NCBI GenBank assembly: GCA_029212365.1
Contig: JARGOC010000010.1
Span: 13,441 to 77,440 of the forward strand
Length of the DNA stretch: 64,000 nt
Source: Roseovarius sp.
GTDB taxonomy: Bacteria; Pseudomonadota; Alphaproteobacteria; Rhodobacterales; Rhodobacteraceae
Reading direction: 5' to 3'
The notes below the pieces were generated by a model. It did no database searches, had not been told where the DNA came from, and saw nothing but the letters and a program-made list of their open reading frames with translations. Positions 9,527 to 18,324 of the stretch are shown in pieces (position 1 is the stretch's first letter; each line of letters starts with the position of its first letter). The translations under genes were made by a program, and so were the position numbers.

Positions 9527-9590
9527 GGCATTTTGCTTTGTTCCCTGTGCGACTTTGCCTATTGTGGCCCAAATTCTAAAGGGGGACCCC

Positions 9591-11123
9591 ATGGACGATA
9601 TCCTTCAGGTATTGCAGGACCGGCGTGCTGAGGCGCGCAAAGGTGGCGGTGAACGCCGGATTGCAGCGCAGCACAGTAAGGGCAAGCTGACGGCCCGCGA
9701 GCGGGTGGATTTATTGCTGGACGAAGGTAGCTTTGAAGAGTTCGATACGTTCAAGGCCCACCGATGCACTGATTTCGGCATGGAAAAAGACCGCCCCGCC
9801 GGCGACGGTGTGATCACCGGCTGGGGGACAATCAATGGCCGGATGGTGTATGTGTTCAGCCAGGACTTTACGGTATTTGGCGGATCTTTGTCCGAAACCC
9901 ATGCCGAAAAGATATGTAAAATCATGGACATGGCGATGCAAAACGGCGCGCCGGTGATTGGGATCAATGATTCCGGCGGCGCGCGCATTCAGGAAGGTGT
10001 CGCAAGCCTTGCGGGCTATGCTGAAGTGTTCCAGCGCAACATCATGGCCAGCGGTGTGGTGCCGCAGATTTCAGTGATCATGGGGCCATGTGCGGGGGGC
10101 GCTGTTTATAGCCCTGCGATGACCGACTTCATCTTCATGGTCAAAGACAGCTCGTATATGTTTGTGACCGGCCCTGATGTGGTGAAAACCGTGACCAACG
10201 AACAGGTCACAGCCGAAGAATTGGGCGGGGCATCAACCCACACGCGTAAATCCAGTGTCGCTGATGGCGCGTTTGAGAACGATGTGGAGGCCTTGGCCGA
10301 AGTGCGTCGGCTGGTGGATTTCCTGCCGCTCAGCAATCGTGAAAAGCCCCCGGTACGCCCGTTCTTTGATGAGCCGGGCCGGGTGGAGCAGAGCCTGGAT
10401 ACGCTGATCCCGGACAATGCCAACTCTCCTTATGACATGAAAGAGTTGATCCTGAAATTGGCCGATGAGGGCGATTTTTACGAAATTCAGGAAGACTTTG
10501 CCAAGAATATCATCACCGGGTTTGTGCGCCTGGAGGGGCAGACCGTGGGGGTTGTGGCGAACCAGCCAATGGTGCTGGCGGGATGTCTGGATATTGACAG
10601 CTCGCGCAAGGCCGCACGGTTTGTAAGATTCTGTGATTGCTTTGAGATTCCGATTTTGACACTTGTGGATGTGCCAGGCTTTTTGCCGGGAACGTCGCAG
10701 GAATACGGTGGGGTGATCAAGCACGGCGCGAAACTGCTGTTTGCGTATGGCGAAGCAACAGTGCCCAAGGTGACGGTGATCACCCGCAAGGCATATGGCG
10801 GCGCCTATGATGTGATGGCCTCGAAGCATTTGCGCGGCGATTTCAATTATGCCTGGCCCACAGCCGAGATCGCGGTGATGGGCGCCAAGGGGGCGACCGA
10901 GATCATCCACCGTGCCGATTTGGGTGACGCTGACAAGATTGCGGCCCATACCAAGGATTATGAGGACCGCTTTGCCAACCCGTTTGTGGCCGCTGAGCGT
11001 GGCTTCATCGACGAGGTGATCATGCCGCGGAACACGCGGATGCGGGTCAGCCGGGCGTTTGCCAGCTTGAGGAACAAGAAGCTGACCAACCCATGGAAAA
11101 AGCACGATAATATTCCGCTTTGA
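9591..11123 (+). CDS. pccB: Propionyl-CoA carboxylase beta subunit (carboxyltransferase)
   Basis: The track ORF starts at 9483, but homology-like sequence begins at [28 protein letters not shown] (ATG 9591). This gives about 510 aa of acyl-CoA carboxylase carboxyltransferase sequence. Confidence 0.95.
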   Translation: MDDILQVLQDRRAEARKGGGERRIAAQHSKGKLTARERVDLLLDEGSFEEFDTFKAHRCTDFGMEKDRPAGDGVITGWGTINGRMVYVFSQDFTVFGGSLSETHAEKICKIMDMAMQNGAPVIGINDSGGARIQEGVASLAGYAEVFQRNIMASGVVPQISVIMGPCAGGAVYSPAMTDFIFMVKDSSYMFVTGPDVVKTVTNEQVTAEELGGASTHTRKSSVADGAFENDVEALAEVRRLVDFLPLSNREKPPVRPFFDEPGRVEQSLDTLIPDNANSPYDMKELILKLADEGDFYEIQEDFAKNIITGFVRLEGQTVGVVANQPMVLAGCLDIDSSRKAARFVRFCDCFEIPILTLVDVPGFLPGTSQEYGGVIKHGAKLLFAYGEATVPKVTVITRKAYGGAYDVMASKHLRGDFNYAWPTAEIAVMGAKGATEIIHRADLGDADKIAAHTKDYEDRFANPFVAAERGFIDEVIMPRNTRMRVSRAFASLRNKKLTNPWKKHDNIPL

Positions 11124-11185
11124 GGAGAAGGGCGGGGGGCCAGCCCCCGCACCCCCGGGATATGTACAGCAAGAAGATGAGGAGA

Positions 11186-11533
11186 ATGGGCCATATTATG
11201 GCGCGAAAGCACTGGCATATCCTGCATGAAAACGGCGCGCTGACGATGGCGCGGCGGGTGCCGGTGCGGTTTGATCTGGGGGTGGTGACATGGCTTGAGG
11301 GTGGTTGCAAACATCGGATTGCGCGCCAAGTCAGGCAGGATGTCTGGCGGGCGTTGCGCGACGTGAGAGGGTTTGCGCCAGCGGTCAAGGTTGAGGACTG
11401 TGACGGCGGGCTGAAAGTAACGGCAGGTGGTCAGGTGGACGGCGTGTTTCCCAAGCGAGCAGCTGAGGCACAGATCACGGATGTGTTGGAGAGCACGGCC
11501 AACAAGGCACGCTGGGCCAGGTGGGCGTCATGA
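11186..11533 (+). CDS. Hypothetical protein (start unresolved)
   Basis: ORF 11120..11533 has in-frame ATGs at 11162, 11177, 11186 and 11198. Its stop overlaps the next ATG (ATGA at 11530-11533). No recognisable domain. Confidence 0.4.
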   Translation: MGHIMARKHWHILHENGALTMARRVPVRFDLGVVTWLEGGCKHRIARQVRQDVWRALRDVRGFAPAVKVEDCDGGLKVTAGGQVDGVFPKRAAEAQITDVLESTANKARWARWAS

Positions 11534-11967
11534 GGCGCTTTTTGTGGCTCGCCGTTGGCCCGCTTTTGGTTGTTGGTGTGGGTGTTTGGTTGATGGTGGT
11601 CTTGCCGGAAGAGAGCAAACCCACCAAGCGCATGGGCGCGTCTGGCGTGGTTCTGCCCTCGGGGCTGGAGGCGGAACTGCAGGAAATGATCTGGGATCAG
11701 CCGGGGCAAGGATTGGTGTACCGGTTCCGCTTTGTGGCTCCGGCATTTGAGAGGGCGGATGACATGGATATTGTGATGGCGGATCTGGAGTATCTGTGTA
11801 CCAACTATGCCTTGCCCAAACTGGCAAATACAGGCCCCATGCCCAATCAGGTGGTGGTGTCTCTGGCGGATAAGCCATCGGAGTTTGGCCGGATCGATAC
11901 AAGTGTAACCCAGGTTTTTGAGGCATATAGCGTGAAAAACGGCACCTGCATCTGGGAGATGTTTTGA
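11530..11967 (+). CDS. Hypothetical membrane-anchored protein
   Basis: MRRFLWLAVGPLLVVGVGVWLMVVL is an N-terminal anchor followed by a soluble domain. The gene appears translationally coupled to the upstream ORF. Confidence 0.6.
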   Translation: MRRFLWLAVGPLLVVGVGVWLMVVLPEESKPTKRMGASGVVLPSGLEAELQEMIWDQPGQGLVYRFRFVAPAFERADDMDIVMADLEYLCTNYALPKLANTGPMPNQVVVSLADKPSEFGRIDTSVTQVFEAYSVKNGTCIWEMF

Positions 11968-12181
11968 TGAAACCACAATATGTTGCGGGGGCTTCTTCAT
12001 CCAACCTGCGGTTTGCGGCTTTGGAGTCACAGCCACTGTGGATAAGTTTCAAAACATACAATTCTGCGCCACCCTGGGATATGATAGCGTCTGGTTGCGC
12101 TTTTGCAGCCGGAGCTGTGCATGGCGGTAAAAGCGGGGCACCAACCCCGCGCCCGATTGCGCAAAAAGACAGGAGCAGAAC

Positions 12182-12328
12182 ATGTCGAACAGCATCAAGA
12201 TCCTGGCCGCATTTGGCCTGGTTGTCCTCGTGGCAGCCTGTGGCGGTGGCGCCCAGGAAGAAGAATTTGTGGTTGTCCAACCCGAGCCCATCTCGGTTGA
12301 GCCAACGTACACGGGCAAATACAAATAA
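12182..12328 (+). CDS. Mini-lipoprotein (48 aa)
   Basis: Below the track size cutoff. AGGAG lies 7 nt upstream of the ATG. Sequence MSNSIKILAAFGLVVLVAACGGGAQEEEFVVVQPEPISVEPTYTGKYK has the lipobox LVAAC. Confidence 0.55.
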   Translation: MSNSIKILAAFGLVVLVAACGGGAQEEEFVVVQPEPISVEPTYTGKYK

Positions 12329-12406
12329 GCCTGTCACAGGCCGCAAGGTCCGGGGTGTAAACTTCGGTCCTTGCCCCGCACGCACCCTGTTTGGGGGGGG
12401 CGTATT

Positions 12407-12769
12407 ATGATTAAGCATCGCGGGTTTCCGGGGCGTTTGCCCGGAACTGATTTTCAATTCACAATTCGCCGTGCCAACCCCAAGGGTGTGACGCCGATCA
12501 CTGAACGCGAGCGGTTCCATGACCGCAGGCCCGCTGATCGGCGTGCCGACACAGGGTTTGTGCGCGCATTGTGGGAGTGCTTTGGCGAAGAACCGTTTGA
12601 GCGCGGAAACCTGGATGCAGGCCGGTTGAGCTGGCTGTTTGGCCGCGAAGTCTTGGCTGCCGAGGATCCGTTTGATCCTGAAAGTTATGACGCCTTGTTA
12701 CAGTTGGATGTGCGTGCGGCGCGTGCGGCTTTTCCAAAGGCGTTTGAAGATGACGGCGAGGACGGGTGA
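12407..12769 (+). CDS. Hypothetical protein (120 aa)
   Basis: ATG 12407 follows a G8 tract (12393-12400). Sequence MIKHRGFPGRLPGTDFQFTIRR... with an acidic C-terminus. No recognisable domain. Confidence 0.5.
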   Translation: MIKHRGFPGRLPGTDFQFTIRRANPKGVTPITERERFHDRRPADRRADTGFVRALWECFGEEPFERGNLDAGRLSWLFGREVLAAEDPFDPESYDALLQLDVRAARAAFPKAFEDDGEDG

Positions 12770-12927
12770 TGCGAAGATCGTTAGCTCATCCCTTGGCGGC
12801 GGCCCAAAATGGCGTCTTCTTGCCGAAGATGCGTAGAGGTACGCGAAAATTGGCCGAAAATTCGCCATATGCGTGTGCTGCGATGGACAGTGCGGTTCAG
12901 AAATGCAGCATGGTAGATGTAGTAACC

Positions 12928-13026
12928 GCCCTTCCCCTAAGGGCACTGTTTGCAAGTCAATTGCTTTACCCTTCTCCTATTGGACGGCCCGATTTCACCC
13001 CAAGTCGGCCGTCCACTTTTCGTTTC
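12928..13026 (+). ncRNA. Candidate small RNA: hairpin with C-rich loop + CU-rich stretch + intrinsic terminator
   Basis: Hairpin GCCCTT-CCCCT-AAGGGC at 12928-12944. CCCTTCTCCT (anti-SD-like) at 12969-12978. Terminator hairpin GGACGGCC(C)GA...TCGGCCGTCC at 12982-13014, followed by ACTTTTCGTTTC. There is no convincing CDS between 12770 and 13160. Confidence 0.3.
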
Positions 13027-13160
13027 AAATCAAACCTTTGCGCCGCTCGGCGGCAGGTCGCCCATGGTCAAAATGATGCGGCAGATTGCTTTGACACCGC
13101 GCCAGGTCAGGCTATTGATAGCCGCACGCGCTTGGGGGACACAAAGCAAGGTGAAACGAC

Positions 13161-13370
13161 ATGTATACAAAATTCAAAACCCTACTTGTGCTTATCAGCT
13201 TTAGCGGGCTGGCGGCCTGTGGGGATACGGCGCTGGAACAGGCCGTTATCGGTGCTGGCGCTGGCGCTGGCACCGCTGCGGTGCTGGATGGAAATCTGCT
13301 CACCGGGGCCGCTGTCGGGGCTGCGGGCAATCTCATCTATTGCCAGACCAAAAAAGGTAAAAACTGCTGA
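13161..13370 (+). CDS. Small lipoprotein (69 aa), Gly/Ala-rich
   Basis: MYTKFKTLLVLISFSGLAACGD with lipobox LAAC, a glycine-zipper-like AVIGAGAGAGTAAVLDGNLLTGAAVGAAGN, and AAGGTGA upstream of the ATG. Confidence 0.6.
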   Translation: MYTKFKTLLVLISFSGLAACGDTALEQAVIGAGAGAGTAAVLDGNLLTGAAVGAAGNLIYCQTKKGKNC

Positions 13371-13507
13371 CGCAAACCGGGCATGGGTTGACGTTGGGGC
13401 AATCTCGCCACAGTGGGGAAGGGCAACTGCTTATTCCCATTGGCTTTTGTCAGTGACAGGCGTATATAGCACTCAATGGGGGGCGTCCAATCAACGAGGC
13501 GCTCAAT

Positions 13508-13621
13508 ATGGGCTATATCAAAGCAGTACTTCTACTGGTTGTCTTAGGGGCGTGTGCCGCGCCCGAGCTGTCGAGCCGCATGGCGTTCGACCCTTATCTT
13601 ATGACACCGATCACAAACTGA
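13508..13621 (+). CDS. Mini-lipoprotein (37 aa)
   Basis: Below the track cutoff. GAGG lies 9 nt upstream. Sequence MGYIKAVLLLVVLGACAAPELSSRMAFDPYLMTPITN has the lipobox LGAC. Confidence 0.4.
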   Translation: MGYIKAVLLLVVLGACAAPELSSRMAFDPYLMTPITN

Positions 13622-13741
13622 TCGGGCACATTGGTGCGTTTTGCGCTGATTTGGCCGATCCGATTAATCTGACAAAGCGCATGTCTCGGGAAACCGGGGC
13701 GTGCGCTTTGTCGTGTTCAGCCTACACTTGAGGGGACAGAT

Positions 13742-15787
13742 ATGTTCAAGAAAATTCTGATTGCCAACCGTGGTGAAATCGCTTGTCGGGTCATCAAGAC
13801 CGCTCGCAAGATGGGCATTGCCACTGTCGCCATCTATTCGGATGCAGATCGCAATGCGTTGCATGTGAAAATGGCGGATGAAGCGGTGCATATTGGCCCA
13901 CCCCCCGCAAACGAGAGTTATATCGTTATCGACAAGGTGATGGATGCCATTCGCCAGACTGGCGCTGAGGCGGTTCATCCTGGGTATGGTTTTCTGTCGG
14001 AAAACCCCAAGTTCGCCCAAGCGCTCGAGGCCGAGGGCGTGGCCTTTATCGGGCCACCCGTTGGTGCGATTGAAAAGATGGGCGACAAGATCACCTCAAA
14101 GAAAATCGCGATGGAGGCCGATGTTTCGACCGTTCCGGGGGTGATGGGGCTGATTGATGACGCAGAGCATGCGGTGACGATCTCAAACCAAATCGGCTAT
14201 CCGGTGATGATCAAGGCATCCGCCGGGGGCGGGGGCAAGGGGATGCGCATCGCCTGGAATGATGACGAGGCGCGCGAGGGCTTTCAAAGCTCCAAGAACG
14301 AAGCGGCGAATTCCTTTGGTGATGACCGGATTTTCATTGAGAAATTTGTGACCCAACCACGCCATATCGAAATTCAGGTGCTGTGCGACACGCATGGCAA
14401 TGGGGTGTATCTGGGTGAACGAGAGTGCTCGATCCAGCGTCGCCAGCAAAAAGTGATCGAAGAGGCGCCAAGCCCGTTTCTGGACGAAGCCACGCGTAAA
14501 GCAATGGGCGAACAGGCGGTTGCTCTGGCCCATGCGGTGGATTACGCCAGCGCCGGTACGGTGGAATTCATCGTCGATGGAGAGCGCAATTTCTACTTCC
14601 TTGAGATGAACACGCGCTTGCAGGTGGAACACCCTGTGACCGAGCTGATCACTGGCGTTGATCTGGTCGAGCAAATGATCCGTGTGGCCGCAGGCGAGGA
14701 GCTGAGTTTTGCCCAAAAGGATGTGACCTTGACGGGCTGGGCGATGGAAAGTCGGCTGTATGCTGAGGATCCTTACCGCGGTTTCTTGCCGTCGACCGGG
14801 CGGTTGTCACGCTACATTCCCCCTGTTGAAGTGGCCGCAGGGCCGTTGCAGGACAACGGCAAATGGCAGGATGATGCCCAGATCGGAGACACGGCTGTGC
14901 GCAATGACACAGGTGTTTTTGATGGGGGCGAAATCTCGATGTATTATGACCCGATGATCGCCAAGCTGTGCACCTGGGCGCCTGATCGGGCCGGGTCGAT
15001 TGAGGCGATGCGCACTGCGCTCGACGGGTTTGAGATTGAAGGGATCGGCCACAACCTGCCGTTTTTGTCTGCGGTTATGGACCATCCCAAATTCGTGTTG
15101 GGAGACATGACAACAGCCTTTATCGAAGAAGAATATCCCGATGGTTTCCAAGGGGTTGAGTTGGATGAAGCGGCTTTGCGCCGGATTGCGGCCACTGCGG
15201 CGGCGATGCACCGGGTGGCAGAAATTCGGCGCACTCGGGTTTCGGGACGGATGGACAATCACGAACGCCATGTGGGCGATGATTGGGTCGTTTCACTGCA
15301 AGGACACAGCTATCCGGTGACGATTTCTGCGGACCGCGATGGCTCGAGCGTGGCGTTTGAAGATGGCACCAGCCACCGTGTCACCAGCGCCTGGACGCCG
15401 GGTGATCAACTGGCCAAGCTGAATGTGGATGACAACCCGCTGGTGTTGAAGGTTGGCAAGATTTCGGGGGGCTTTCGCCTGCGCACGCGCGGCGCAGACC
15501 TCAAGGTGCATGTGCGTTCGCCGCGTCAGGCCGAACTTGCCATGTTAATGCCTGAGAAACTGCCACCTGATACATCAAAGTTACTGCTGTGCCCGATGCC
15601 CGGTCTGATCGTGAAGGTTGATGTGGCCGTGGGGGACGAAGTTCAGGAAGGCCAGACATTGTGCACTGTCGAGGCGATGAAGATGGAGAATATTCTGCGT
15701 GCTGAAAGGAAAGCGACAGTCACCAAGATTAATGCCGCCGCTGGCGATAGCTTGGCGGTGGATGAAGTGATCATGGAGTTTGAATAG
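13742..15787 (+). CDS. pccA: Propionyl-CoA carboxylase alpha subunit (biotin carboxylase + BCCP)
   Basis: 681 aa. MFKKILIANRGEIACRVI biotin carboxylase N-terminus, ATP-grasp domain, C-terminal biotinylation motif VEAMKMEN. Confidence 0.95.
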   Translation: MFKKILIANRGEIACRVIKTARKMGIATVAIYSDADRNALHVKMADEAVHIGPPPANESYIVIDKVMDAIRQTGAEAVHPGYGFLSENPKFAQALEAEGVAFIGPPVGAIEKMGDKITSKKIAMEADVSTVPGVMGLIDDAEHAVTISNQIGYPVMIKASAGGGGKGMRIAWNDDEAREGFQSSKNEAANSFGDDRIFIEKFVTQPRHIEIQVLCDTHGNGVYLGERECSIQRRQQKVIEEAPSPFLDEATRKAMGEQAVALAHAVDYASAGTVEFIVDGERNFYFLEMNTRLQVEHPVTELITGVDLVEQMIRVAAGEELSFAQKDVTLTGWAMESRLYAEDPYRGFLPSTGRLSRYIPPVEVAAGPLQDNGKWQDDAQIGDTAVRNDTGVFDGGEISMYYDPMIAKLCTWAPDRAGSIEAMRTALDGFEIEGIGHNLPFLSAVMDHPKFVLGDMTTAFIEEEYPDGFQGVELDEAALRRIAATAAAMHRVAEIRRTRVSGRMDNHERHVGDDWVVSLQGHSYPVTISADRDGSSVAFEDGTSHRVTSAWTPGDQLAKLNVDDNPLVLKVGKISGGFRLRTRGADLKVHVRSPRQAELAMLMPEKLPPDTSKLLLCPMPGLIVKVDVAVGDEVQEGQTLCTVEAMKMENILRAERKATVTKINAAAGDSLAVDEVIMEFE

Positions 15788-15788
15788 G

Positions 15789-16181
15789 ATGCGCATCTGG
15801 CAGGTCGCCGCGATTTATACACTCGCTTTCATGGCTGGGCTTGTCACGCTTTGGGCGTTTCTGGCGCTGGGGGTAATGCAGGTGTTGGAAAGCCGACTCG
15901 ATAGTGTGTTTGTGATGCTGTTGGTGCCTGTCATGTCTGCAATGTGCGTGTTTTCTGTGATCTATGGTCTGGCCTCGGGCAGGGCGTTGAAATGGCAGTA
16001 TTGGCTGTTCACAACATTGGCCATGTCAGCGCTGATCTGGGGCGCGCCGCGTGTGGTTATGGCAGGTTACATCGCTGTGGCTGAGATGTTTGTGCTCTGC
16101 GTTTTGTTGGTGTTTGCTTGCGGATTTTTAGCATGTCTGCGGCGTGACGCTGTGACGGCCCCCGCAATATTGGACACCTAA
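15789..16181 (+). CDS. Hypothetical integral membrane protein (130 aa)
   Basis: ATG 15789 lies 2 nt after the pccA stop, with GGAG upstream. Four hydrophobic segments. Confidence 0.55.
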   Translation: MRIWQVAAIYTLAFMAGLVTLWAFLALGVMQVLESRLDSVFVMLLVPVMSAMCVFSVIYGLASGRALKWQYWLFTTLAMSALIWGAPRVVMAGYIAVAEMFVLCVLLVFACGFLACLRRDAVTAPAILDT

Positions 16182-16238
16182 GGAAAGGCCTGCATCATTT
16201 TCCAAGCTGCCAACATATCGCTCAGGCCGCGCGCCCTT

Positions 16239-16724
16239 GTGGGGCTGGCGTTGATGTGTGCCACGCTTGGCGGATGTGTGCGTATAGACGAGGCCGCTTT
16301 GCGCGCACATATGGCGCAATGGTTTGCGCTGGGGCCGACCATGGGATTTGGCGCTAAACAGGATTGTGCGGCGGCGGCGTTTCGACTGGTGGATACTGAA
16401 GTGGGGTCCGCGTTGGCAGTTGTCAATTCAGTGCAAAAGGCGGTGAATGTGCTGCAAATGCGGGGCACGGTTGCGTTGGATCAGCCAGACGTGGCACCTG
16501 ATCAAGGCTTGGTCGCGCTGATCAACACCGATCGCGCCTTGGGATATCAGATGCGCCGTGCGGCCCTTGAGGGGCGTGTGTGCATGGATGAGATCACAGC
16601 CAGCGCCTTTGGCTATGCCTTGACCAACCCAAAAGCTGTTTTGGCTTTTGATGCCAGCCTTGGGGCGCTGATGTTGCTGGATCCGGGCACCAATGTATTG
16701 ATCGTGACGATGGGGGAGGGCTGA
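16239..16724 (+). CDS. Hypothetical lipoprotein (start uncertain)
   Basis: GTG 16239 gives MGLALMCATLGGC with lipobox LGGC. The reading frame is open from 16182. No known domain. Confidence 0.5.
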   Translation: MGLALMCATLGGCVRIDEAALRAHMAQWFALGPTMGFGAKQDCAAAAFRLVDTEVGSALAVVNSVQKAVNVLQMRGTVALDQPDVAPDQGLVALINTDRALGYQMRRAALEGRVCMDEITASAFGYALTNPKAVLAFDASLGALMLLDPGTNVLIVTMGEG

Positions 16725-16743
16725 TGCAAATATGGTCCCAAAC

Positions 16744-17205
16744 TCAGATTTCCGCCCCGGCGCGCCGGTCACGGACTTCTTGTTGGCGCATCGGTAATTT
16801 GTCGATTGAGCGGGTGATTTCACGCACATTCCAAGGGAAGGGTTTGCGCAGGTATATCGTGCCGTCTTTGCCAATCAGCACCAGCATGAAGCCACGCGGG
16901 TGCAGTTTTTCTCGCAGGGCAGATTTTGCTGCCGGGTCAGTGTCGCTCAATACCACCACATCACGCTCGGCCAAAGCATCAAGTCGCGCTTCAAGATTTG
17001 CCATCTGCTGGATGAAGCGTGGATCGTTTGGGCTGTCTGCAAACACCACAAGGGGCCGGTTTTTCCAGATAAATTGCTGCAAATCATCGGTATCTGGGCG
17101 CATAACACCCGCTTCAACTGGTGTTTCAGGGGGCTCATTGGCCTCCTGCGCCATGGCGGTGCTTGACATAAGTGCCAGTAATACAAGGGTGATTAGGGGC
17201 TTCAT
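16744..17205 (-). CDS. DUF4174-like secreted protein
   Basis: Real start at MKPLITLVLLALMSSTAMAQE (CAT 17203-17205, GGAGAG upstream). WKNRPLVVFADSPNDPR...VVVL...GFMLVLIGKDG is typical of DUF4174. Confidence 0.7.
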   Translation of the reverse strand: MKPLITLVLLALMSSTAMAQEANEPPETPVEAGVMRPDTDDLQQFIWKNRPLVVFADSPNDPRFIQQMANLEARLDALAERDVVVLSDTDPAAKSALREKLHPRGFMLVLIGKDGTIYLRKPFPWNVREITRSIDKLPMRQQEVRDRRAGAEI

Positions 17206-17382
17206 GGTCTCTCCTGTGCTATTGGATATAGGGCTTGTTAAGGACAAAGCGAAGGGGTTTGCCGCCACGGGCCAAGATAATTTTAACTCCAATCGGGTTA
17301 TGAATAGTGAGGGCGCAGAAAGAACGCCTCGATCTCTCATATGCCGCGACTTGCGGCCAGGCGCCGAAAGGGTGGCACACCG

Positions 17383-18324
17383 ATGGACATAGTTATGCAT
17401 CTTGGGGCGCATCGCACCGCCTCAACCTGTTTTCAACACTACTTGCAAGAGAATAGCGCGAAGCTGGGCGCGCAGGGCATTGCCGTCTGGGGGCCATGGC
17501 GTACGCGCGACGGGCTGTTGACCGGGGTGATGCCAGTGGGCGGAGTAATGCGCTCTGCCAAAGTGCAATTGCAACGCGCGCGCGGCCGTATTGCCCTGGC
17601 ACAACATCGCGCGCAAAATAATGGCATGCGCCAGTTGATCGTATCAGATGAAAACATGATTGGTGCACCGCGGCGCAATCTGCGCGACAGCAAGCTTTAT
17701 GCGGGCGCGGGCGAACGAATGGCCAGGTATAGTGAGGCGTTTGACAACAAGGTCAGCAGAGTGGTCCTGTCAATCCGATCCCAAGACAGCTATTGGTCAT
17801 CGGTTCTGGCCTTTTCGGTGGGGCGGGGGCATAGATTGCCCGATACAGATGCGCTCGACCGGTTGGTCACGTCTAACCGTCACTGGCGTGATGTCATTCG
17901 TGATCTGTATTGTGCGCTTCCCAATGCGGAAATCCTGGTAATGCCGTATGAACAATTCGGCGGTCGCCCCGAAGAAAAACTAAGCTGTCTGGCGGGGCTT
18001 GCTTCTCCGCCGATGACATCGGCGCGCGAATGGATCAACCGTTCGCCCAGCGTATCGCAATTGCGCCAAATACTGCACGACAGAGGTGAAGATCCGGCAG
18101 CATTGCCGAAAGAAGATGGGCGCTGGCATCCGTTTGACCACGCGCAAACCATGGCATTGAAGGAAAGCTATGCGGATGATCTGTTCTGGCTACGCGCCGG
18201 GGCTGATGGCATGGCGACCCTGATCGAGGAAACCGGAGCTGACAAGATGGGGATCACCCCACAACAGCCCCAGACCATAAGAGGACAAAACCCAAATGGA
18301 ATCGAAAACCGACGAATGGCGTGA
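17383..18324 (+). CDS. Hypothetical protein, sulfotransferase-fold-like N-terminus
   Basis: [22 protein letters not shown] resembles the PAPS-binding HxGxHKTGTT-type start of some sulfotransferase-like families (weak similarity). The 3' end overlaps the mutase gene by 29 nt. Confidence 0.55.
   Translation: MDIVMHLGAHRTASTCFQHYLQENSAKLGAQGIAVWGPWRTRDGLLTGVMPVGGVMRSAKVQLQRARGRIALAQHRAQNNGMRQLIVSDENMIGAPRRNLRDSKLYAGAGERMARYSEAFDNKVSRVVLSIRSQDSYWSSVLAFSVGRGHRLPDTDALDRLVTSNRHWRDVIRDLYCALPNAEILVMPYEQFGGRPEEKLSCLAGLASPPMTSAREWINRSPSVSQLRQILHDRGEDPAALPKEDGRWHPFDHAQTMALKESYADDLFWLRAGADGMATLIEETGADKMGITPQQPQTIRGQNPNGIENRRMA

Noticed and set aside
9483-9590. 36-aa N-terminal extension of pccB in the track ORF ([14 protein letters not shown]...)
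   Set aside because: It is Cys/Phe-rich and overlaps the palindromic operator-like region. Carboxyltransferase homology starts at MDDILQ (9591).
10233-11105. Long antisense ORFs inside pccB (10233-11105), proS (30606-31529), lolC (32626-33396), the Ldh_2 gene (34029-34958), aatA (50949-51692), bufB (60767-61480), the MAPEG/VOC region (20927-21712) and others
   Set aside because: Each lies opposite a gene with unmistakable family motifs and shows the His/Arg/Gln/Pro-rich composition of a non-coding mirror frame. None has an RBS or a recognisable domain.
11528-12520. 330-aa minus-strand ORF across the pccB-pccA spacer
   Set aside because: It is Pro/Arg/Ala-rich and low-complexity. It runs antisense to several + strand ORFs that have RBSs, start/stop coupling and signal peptides. 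This is typical GC-rich shadow-frame behaviour.
12766-13731. 321-aa + strand ORF spanning 12.8-13.7 kb
   Set aside because: It runs straight through an intrinsic terminator (12982-13026). It also overlaps, in other frames, two well-formed lipoprotein mini-genes that have SD sequences. Its Cys/Arg/Ser-rich sequence has no domain, so I treat the region as small genes plus non-coding DNA.
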